From NCBI GenBank assembly GCA_964016885.1, contig OZ024742.1:225556001-225620000 (forward strand): a DNA stretch of 64,000 nt. Direction: 5' to 3'. A model generated the notes under the pieces. The model was not told the origin of the DNA. It did no database searches and was given only the letters and a program-made list of their open reading frames with translations. Each line of letters starts with the position of its first letter. The stretch's first letter is position 1. The translations under genes and the position numbers were made by a program. This document shows, piece by piece, positions 55,801 to 64,000 of the stretch. This DNA is from Eledone cirrhosa (lineage: Eukaryota).

Positions 55801-56310
55801 CTCGTAAAACCTATCCTTAAGTTCGTCTGGCAGTCCCGATTGGGGTGCGTAAGCTGATATTATTGTGGTAATTGTCTTATTCAGGACTAGTCTGAGTTTA
55901 ATGATTCTTGCATTTACCCTGTACACTGAGATTACTTTATCTACCCACTTGTCAGCTAATAGTATACCTACACCACCCATCCCATCGTCATTTCCCACCC
56001 AGAAAAATTTGTAGCACTGGCTTTTTCCTACAAGGACTCTAGCAGACCCTCCTCTCCATCTAGTCTCTTGCACACAGCATACATCAACTTCCTTTCGCTC
56101 TAGCATTTCTACGATTTCTCCTGCTTTTCCTTTCATTGAGCCTACATTGATGGTACCAACTCGGAGTTTTGGGCATTTGTCGACACTCGTAGGGGAGGGT
56201 CTCTGGGTTGGCGCTTCACGTGGGTGCTTGGTAGCTCGCAGATTCATATTTCATCTATTGATTCAGAGTTGCTCGTGTATTCCCAGCTCATCCATCCATA
56301 ACGGTGGGTG
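52853..56310 (-). mobile_element. near-full-length RTE LINE, variant C
   Basis: Short 5'UTR, single ORF, about 300-nt 3'UTR, (GAT)n tail. Confidence 0.92.
53153..56247 (-). pseudogene. RTE ORF: APE endonuclease + RT + PHD-like finger; one frameshift near 53510
   Basis: TINVGSM, CVQETRW, AYAPQ, AGDFNGHVG, LDFIL, SQHSLV (APE); YADD RT; about 25 nt deleted at ETWAL relative to the other copies; C-terminus continues in ORF 53153-53491. Confidence 0.92.
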
Positions 56311-56668
56311 TATGTATGTATATGATGTGTATGTGTCCATCAATATGTGTGTGTATGTATATGATGTGTATGTGTCCATCAATGTCTGTGTTTATGTCCC
56401 ATAACTTAGTGGTTTGACAAAAAAGGATCAATAAAATAAGTTCCAGACTTGAAAAAAGAGTACTGAGATTGATAGGATCGACTAAATCAAAGTGATGCCC
56501 CATCATGGCCACAGTCAAATAACTGAAACCCACAAAAGAATATGTATTTTCCTACTAACTCTTAAAATCCCTTCCATTCCTTCCTATTCATTATCATTCT
56601 TGTCGAAACTAGTGTTCTGTCACCCCTGATCACCTTGTATTCTTCAGTGTCATCTCTGTCTCTTCTAG

Positions 56669-56736
56669 GATATAAACTGTCAACTGATGGATATATTTCT
56701 CTTCAAGACCCTTCCATTCCTGTCCAAAGAGCTCAT
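56669..56736 (+). CDS. host gene exon (GYKLSTDGYISLQDPSIPVQRAH); donor site uncertain
   Basis: ctcttctag| acceptor; phase 1 start matches the previous exon; weak donor |gtacct. Confidence 0.6.
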
Positions 56737-56769
56737 GTACCTTCTAACATCACCTTCATATATTCTTTG

Positions 56770-57390
56770 ATGTCCTACCTCTTTCTCCCCTTCCTCTGCC
56801 TGCCCCTCTCCGCCTCTTCCTCTATCTACCCCCTCTCCTCTACCTCCGTCTCTCCTCTTTCCTTTACCCTCTCCATCTCTTTTTCATCTGTTTACCTCTC
56901 CTCCTCTTCCTCTATCTGCTCCCTCTTCTCTTCCTCTGCCTCTCCTCCTCACTATCTTTTCCTTTGGCCTCTCCATCTCATCCTCCTCTGCCTGCCCCTC
57001 TCCTTTTCTTGCATCTTCCCTCCTCCTCTTCCTCCATATATCCTTCCCCCTTCTTTTTCTGTCTGCCTCACAGCATCTGCCCCTCCACCTTTTCCTCTGT
57101 CTGCCTCACAGCATCTGCCCCTCCACCTTTTCCTCTGTCTTCCCCACACCATCTCCTCTTCCATCTACTTTTCCTCTGTCTGCTTCACACCATGTTCTTT
57201 TCCTCTGTCTTCCTCTTACCATCTCCTTTCCTTCTGTCTGCCCCTCACCATCTCCTCCTTTATTTACCTCTCCTCCTCTTCCTCTGCCCCTCCTCCTTTT
57301 CTTCTGTCTCACCACCTCCTCTTCCTCATCTGTCCCTTTCATGGAAGCCTCTCTCTGATTCTTTTCTGGCCATCTATTGTCCTCTCCTCT
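56770..57390. repeat. CT-rich low-complexity tract
   Basis: Polypyrimidine with short internal duplications. Confidence 0.8.
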
Positions 57391-59207
57391 GGTTAAATGT
57401 ACAGTCCACCACTATTTTTTATGTTGTCCCTCCATCTCCTCTTCTGTTTGTGTCTCCTTATTTGCTCCATAAAACAGAGATAAGCTCTGGCCTTCATGCA
57501 ACCTGTGCAAGCATAGAAGAATGGACACAAAAAACAAACAATTAATCTCTTTTAGATACCAACCTACCTGAGACCTCCTCTTATTCTATCATCATCATTG
57601 TCATCATTTTACATTGGTTTTCCATGATGGCACGGGTTGGGTTCAATTGGTTGTCACGTTTTGAGGCAGGTCAGATACACACATCCTGCTCATATGTTCC
57701 ATTTTAGCATGATTTCTATGCCTAGATGCTCTTCCTAACTCCAACCACTTTACTGCATGCATTGGGTGCATTTTATTGTGGAACCAGCATGACCACTATA
57801 TAAGAGATTGTATTTTAAAGTTTTCATATTCAAATTAAAACTTTCTGTTATAATTTTATGTAAGAATATTTTGTTGAATTATGTTCCAAACACCAGCTTT
57901 ATAAAATTTATATAGTTTACTAAATCCTTCCAAATTCTCTCTAGTGCTGGCGACAGTTAAATGCACCCAGTACACTCTGTAAAGTGTTTGGTGTTAGGAA
58001 GAGTATCTAGCCATACAAACCATGCTAAAGCTTGAAAGTATATTAGCAAGACATTGCCTCTGACCCATTAAAGAAGATAATAGCTATAATTAAGTACTGA
58101 CTTGGTCTCTGGCAACCTGAGAATGATCAATGAAAGGATTAAAACTTTTCGTAAGTCTTATTGTGAACAAGCATCCAGCTACTCTGCGACTGAAAGCCCT
58201 ACCTACTTTTCTTACCTTTTACAAAAAGATATAGGATTGAGAGGACTGTTCAGTTGTGTCAAGGATGTGGCAATAACTTGCACCCAATACACCCTGTATA
58301 GTGATTGGTGATTGGAAGTGAATCCAGCTGTAGAAACCATAGCAAAACTGGAATATATGTTAGTGAAATGTGGTCCCTCATCCATCTAAGAGAACAGTAA
58401 CTCTAATTAAGTATTGATGTAGTCTTTAATGACTTGTCCAACCCATGCCAATATGGAAAAATGAATGTAAAATGATGATGATATTTGAAAACGCTACCTT
58501 TTTCTTATCTCTTTCATAAAAACATACAGTAACTTAAAAATTGACAAGAGTTTAAACAAGAAACTGTCAATAGATAAGCTACAATAGATAAATTAATTTT
58601 TTTAAACTCTGAATTACAAAGTTGTATACCTAATGAACACACACACACCTGAATTTATGTAATGTTGATTTTTGACCAACTTGAAGGTGGGTGTACTGTA
58701 TTGAATGGACTTTGATATCATAGGTGATATGGAATTTGAGATAGATAGTGGTAGATAGAAAGAGAGAGAAAAAATAGATAGATATGTACATAGATAGAGG
58801 ACTCTTGATGCATGACAACTTCTATGGTGTTGGTGAGTTACACAATAAACGTCCCCTGAGTACTCTGTAAAGTTGTTGGTGATAGGAAGGGAATCCAGCC
58901 ATAGAAAGCTTATCATACAAAGGGCCAGGAGGACTCTTCAGCTGTATCAAAGACATGACAACCTCCCTATTGCTGGTATTACAATAAAAGGCATTCGTAT
59001 GAGTGCATGATTATATGAGATTTGCAATGTGCCAGCCTGTCTTAGTATTTGGTAGAGTGGGGAATGTATGTAAGCAAGTTACAAGTCTCTAGCCCATCTG
59101 AGGGGTTAGTAATTTTGCTTGAATACTATCCTTGTCTGTTGACGACCTATCACACCCTTGCTAGCAGAGAACACAGATCATAAATAATGATAATCATCAT
59201 CGTTTAA

Positions 59208-59428
59208 CCCTTTAGCATTTACATTACTCTATATATGCGATTGTAATTTTGTGGTAAAGTCTTTATCTTACATAATTATCTCATATGATATCAAATCTAT
59301 GAAATTTTGATGTTATTTATTTTGAAAACAATACTTTACTGTCAGTATGGGTGGCCAGTTATGGCCAGTTTGAACAGAAAGAGGTGAGAGAATTCTGGCC
59401 AGATATGGCTGGTTTAAATGCTAAAGGG
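59208..59428. mobile_element. piggyBac-like MITE with TTAA TSD inserted in an RTE tail
   Basis: TTAA|CCCTTTAGCATTTA...TAAATGCTAAAGGG|TTAA. Confidence 0.8.
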
Positions 59429-61258
59429 TTAACATCCATTTGTCCATGCTTGCATGGGTTAGATGGGTTGTCAGGTTATGAAACAATTCAGGTCAGATGG
59501 CCATGTCTTGTGCAAACTGATTTATATTTTTGTTTGATTTCTACAGCTGGGTGCTCATCCTAATGCCAACCATGTTACAGTGTAGACTGGGTGCTTTTTA
59601 TCGTGGCATAAAAACAACCATTTAAGAGGGTGGACTGGGTGCTTTTTTATTGTGTCACCAGCATGACCAATTTACAGGGTGGACTGGGTGCTGTTTTCTC
59701 GTGTCACCAACTCAACCATCTTACAGAGTGGACTTCATGCTTTTTGTCATGTCACCAGCACAACCACTATACAGGGTGGAGTAGGAACCAATTGTCAAAT
59801 CACCAATATGACAACTTTACTGGGTTGATTGGGTGCGTTTGTCGTTGTGGTGCTAGATCACCATACAAAGCGGACCAAGTGCTTTTTTGTCATGGTAGCA
59901 GCATTGTCGAAAAGAAGATGGGGAACATGTCCAGTTTTTCATGCTTGTATGCATAGGTTGGACAGGACAGGAGAAGTATATCAGGAAGGTGGGGAAGGGA
60001 ATGAATATGCAAGCTGGTCATGGATGAGGTGAATGAGAATTTAGCTAGTGAGGGGGTGGGTCTATAAGACTAGGAAGAGGGAATGAGGTGGTGGTAGGGA
60101 GAAGATTTGTGCTGACTAGTGTCTTTTATGTTTGTTTCATCCTGTACACATGGGAAGGTGGGTCCTCTACAGTACAGCATAGTGCCAGAGATCTCGATCC
60201 TGTGTCATCTCCTTTCAGAGGTTTAATTGTGCAAGGCCAGCTTTTATCAATTCATTCCAAGCTTTCTTAGGTCTTCCTCTTCTATAGTTTCTGTCAAGTC
60301 TGAGTGCCCTGTTCCTTTTTATACAGCTGTCATCACGTATCCATACCATCGCATTCTTGCACACTGCATCTGACCCCACTTATGCTTAGTTTCTCTCTCT
60401 ATTCATTGATGCTTCACTGTTCATGCACACTACTATTAAACATCCATTGAAGCAAGCAAGCTTCTTTCTTGCCAATCTTTGTAGCTCCTCTACAAACAGC
60501 ATGCAGGTCTCACTTCCATGCAGAATTATTGTTTGTAGTCAAGCATCATACAATCTGCTTTTCATTTTGAGGAAAAAACCTTTTGTAGTTAGCAGTAGTA
60601 ATAACTCCCTCAAATTTTTACATCTCGTTCTTACTCTGGCTACTGTACTTTCAGAACACCCACTTCCACTGTTAATTTGGTCATCCAGGTAACAGAAGAT
60701 ATCAACTACTTTTACGCAGCCTGCTGAGCATTTTGTAGAGCTTGTTTCCTGTGAGCTCTTGCTGCTTATTGCTCCTGTGCATAGATGACATATGAAACCT
60801 ATGTTCTTTGTTGGTTTGCCAGAGATCCCACTACATCTCTTTTGTACCTAGTTTGCATTTGGGACATAGGATGGAATTTCTACCCACTCCTTTCCTGCCT
60901 ACTAAGCAAGGCCATTTCCCTGAGGGTATCAGGGCCTTGTTTTCCTTTCTAATTACTAGGACTTTAGTCTTTACCAAGTTGACTTTAAGACCTTTTGCTT
61001 CCAGGTCAAAAATTTCTTCTCTAATTCTGCCATAGATTTGGCTATGAGGGTTTGGCATTGATTTTGTGGGTTACTTGTTTGGCCACTACTTCTCCCAATG
61101 CTTTTAGCATCTCAGCAACTATCTCTGACCTTCTTGTGGCTTTCAATAGCTGGTCCTTCTGTTGGGTAAGTTGGGGGTTGTCTCTCCTCTTCCCATTCAT
61201 TCTCTACATTCATCAATCTCTCATAGTAATATTTCCAGACTGACCTCTTTCTTTTGAG

Positions 61259-61451
61259 CATCATCATCATCATCATTTTACGTCCGCTTTTCCCTGATTG
61301 CAAGGGTGGGACGGGTCTTATACAGCATCTCTCCACTCGTCACGGTCCCTCGTCATCTCCACCGTGAGCTTCAATGATCTGAGGTCTGTTCTCACCACCT
61401 CCGCCCATGTTTTTCGTGGTCTACCTCTACCACGTCTTCCTTCAACTGGCA
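61259..61451 (-). mobile_element. short RTE variant A 3' fragment nested in variant D
   Basis: Matches 16638-16835; GCATCAT present on both sides. Confidence 0.8.
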
Positions 61452-63873
61452 TCATTGGTACTAAATGCACAAGTGTCATTTCTGACACACTTTTTCCCAA
61501 CAGTATCCCAATTCACACTGACACACTGCCTTGCAATGTGGAACACTTTACATCTATGTTCCTCACGTCGCAAGACATTGACAAACTTTCTTCTGCTTCT
61601 TTCTGAGCTATGTATATCTGTTGTCTAGCTTCTCTCTTAGCTACCTGGCACTGATCTCTGCTACTCCCATTTTTCCAGTCTTTCTATGTCTGATTCTTGA
61701 CTTTTATGGCTCTATCCACTGTACTGTTCCACACCAGTTCGCCCTCTGTCTGGTTGGTGCTTTGCTTCAACCACAAGTCTCATCAGTAATTTGCAATAGG
61801 TTGTCGCATAAGAATTTCCAATTGTCCTCTATGTCATATGTATCTAACTCGTTTCCTCTATCATCAAATGCATCCCATAGGGCCTTTCTAAACCCATATT
61901 TAACAGAAAAGTCTTTTAGCTTCCAAACTTTCCATCTCCATATTTTCCTGCATATCTTATTCTGTCTTATTTTTTATCCTGATGTCATTAATAATTAACA
62001 TGTGTTGGGCAGCACATTTTTTCCCAGGGAAGGCCTTAGCATTTATTATTGTCTGTCTATCTCGTCTTACAAGTAAGAAATCAATCTGGCTTGTGTGTCT
62101 GCTTGATTGGTATGTGTTCAGATGGCTGGCCAATTTCCTGAAATTTGTCTTACAAATGGTTAGTTCATTTGCATCACAGAATTCCAGGAACCTCACTCCC
62201 TCTTCATTTTTTTAGCCATAACCATAACTGCTGTGAACTCCACTGAATCCATCCTGATACTGTCCAACATATCCATTGAAGTCACCTGCCTAGATGATGA
62301 GGTCTCTTTCATTAATAGCTGAAGTTGTCAGTAAAAGTTCCTCATAGAACCTGTCCTTTTGTTCTTTACTCATTCCTGCCTGTGGAGCATAAGTAGTTGT
62401 AATTGTCACCATTTTATTTACTACAGCTATTCTAAGCTTGATAATTCTGTCACTTACTCTCACTACTTCCATCACCTTATCTATCCATTTCTCAGAAAGT
62501 AGGATGCCTACACCACCTACTCCATCGTCATTTCCTAACCCATAAAGTTTGTATCTATGTACTTTGCCTGTGAGTAGTCTTGCTGAGGCACCCCTCCATC
62601 TCACTTCTTGTACACAGCATACATCCACTTCTCTTCCACAATTTCACCTGATTTACCCTTCAGGGTGCCATCATTTGGGGTGGCAGTCCTGAGATTTGTA
62701 ACTTGACAGTGGTTAGTTACTTGAGCAGAAGTTCTTTGTACCTGGAAGAGAAACAGGTTGTGTGATTGCTTGATGATGGTTGAGGGGTTCTCTCACATGG
62801 CTACTCTGGCCAGCCCACTACCAGGTTCACGTCTGCCCAGTGCAGTTGTTTTTATTCAGAGTCACTGCTCTCCTAGACAAGTTGCCTTCACTATGGCTTA
62901 CCGAGCTCATGTCTGCTTCATTCAGTGACTCCTATCCTAGACAGGCTGCCTTCCAACTCAAACATCTTAAGAATCCTTGTTTACCTTTCTAAGCATAATT
63001 ACAGAGTAGTGAATTGTCATGTGACATTAAGCCTACAAGAGGGTATGTCTGAAAAGGTGGGATACGGTGAACACATCGCTGGAGTGAAATTTCAATTTAC
63101 AGGAAAAGAAGCATTTGTGAAACAGGATGTAAAGTATATGATATGAACGAAAGCTAGATTGTATGAAGCTTTTGAATAAAGTGCAATGTTGTATGGTAGT
63201 CTGATGTGGACCTTGACTGCTAAGGATGGCATCAGCACTACCACTTTACAGAGTGTATTGTGTGCATTTATTGTGGCACCAACAAAGAGGTTGTAGCGGT
63301 TGTCTCCCTTGTTTGGATTAACGTCTGGACGGGAAGTGGGGCCCTTTCTGTAACTTCCGGTCAGGGCCCTATAAAACTAACAACTTTAAGCTCTCTCTCT
63401 CTCATTGCCTTTTCGGCACCAGGTCAAGAGCCTCTCATTTGGCTCTGCCATTCATTTGGCCAACAGGCGCCTGGCCTTAGCCAGGCGTCCTCTGCCAGCC
63501 GCGTTTGCCTGGCAATCAAAACGGTAACTACTAACTTTGCTTCATTCTACCATCCTCATCTTTGACATGTCAACTATACTATCTACCATTGTTAATTAAA
63601 TATTATCTACACCAACAATGTATTCCTTGTTACATTCATACAACCCAGTATTCTCGCTATAAGGTTATTACATCTTTCGCATGACTTTACAGATGTACTG
63701 GGTGAATTTTACCATATTATCAACACTAGTGAATTTGTTTTGAATCCTGCAAGACTAAGGATTTACTCAATACCCAACATTTTCCCTATTTCTAATTATA
63801 ATATATTTATTTTTTGTAAAGTTTAATTTTTATATTTGATTTTGAATTCTTTTTTCAATATTTCTCTTTACAG

Positions 63874-63971
63874 AAGTATCAACAACTGAGGGACGATTGG
63901 GCTGTTCTGAAGTTTTGTTTGAGAATTCTGGGAATGCACGCAGCCTTGCTGTGGAGCCAGATCGATTAGGA
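63874..63971 (+). CDS. host gene exon, reading frame ambiguous
   Basis: tttctctttacag| ... GGA|gtaagt; phase 0 gives KYQQLRDDWAVLKFCLRILGMHAALLWSQID*, phase 1 gives EVSTTEGRLGCSEVLFENSGNARSLAVEPDRLG. Confidence 0.65.
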
Positions 63972-64000
63972 GTAAGTATATATATATAATGCCCAAGAAA

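Larger units (their letters stand above)
59195..62760 (-). mobile_element. old degenerate RTE LINE (variant D) with APE, partial RT and an expanded 3'UTR module array
   Basis: [42 protein letters not shown]; repeated GACTGGGTGCTTT units at 59580-59900. Confidence 0.8.

Noticed and set aside
56737-57545. Ser/Pro/Leu-rich ORFs
   Set aside because: CT-rich low complexity; only the 56669-56736 part looks exonic

Overview
AT-rich animal genomic DNA. The SINE families and (TA)n load suggest an octopod cephalopod; this is inference from repeat content. The window is almost entirely repeats. About 2.3-42 kb is a nest of (TA)n/(TATG)n microsatellite holding insertions of several kinds: 5'-truncated RTE-clade LINEs (variants A-D, all with a PHD-like zinc finger after the RT), tRNA-CORE SINEs with RTE tails, Meta-type SINEs, Helitron derivatives, two decayed Penelope-like elements (RT + GIY-YIG), and many short non-coding Penelope-type segments carrying minimal type I hammerhead ribozymes. 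The strongest signal is a 466-bp hammerhead-containing tandem array at 12.2-13.9 kb and a related 420-bp family at 11.5 and 33.1 kb. All three insertions are built as two divergent arms whose 3' ends both run into (AT)n at homologous positions. A near-full-length RTE (APE+RT, one frameshift) lies at 52.9-56.3 kb on the minus strand. Four short + strand exons of an unidentified host gene are visible at 42.6, 51.5, 56.7 and 63.9 kb. Nearly all YIYI-type ORFs in the track are microsatellite artefacts. Family names come from motif recognition; no database search was run.
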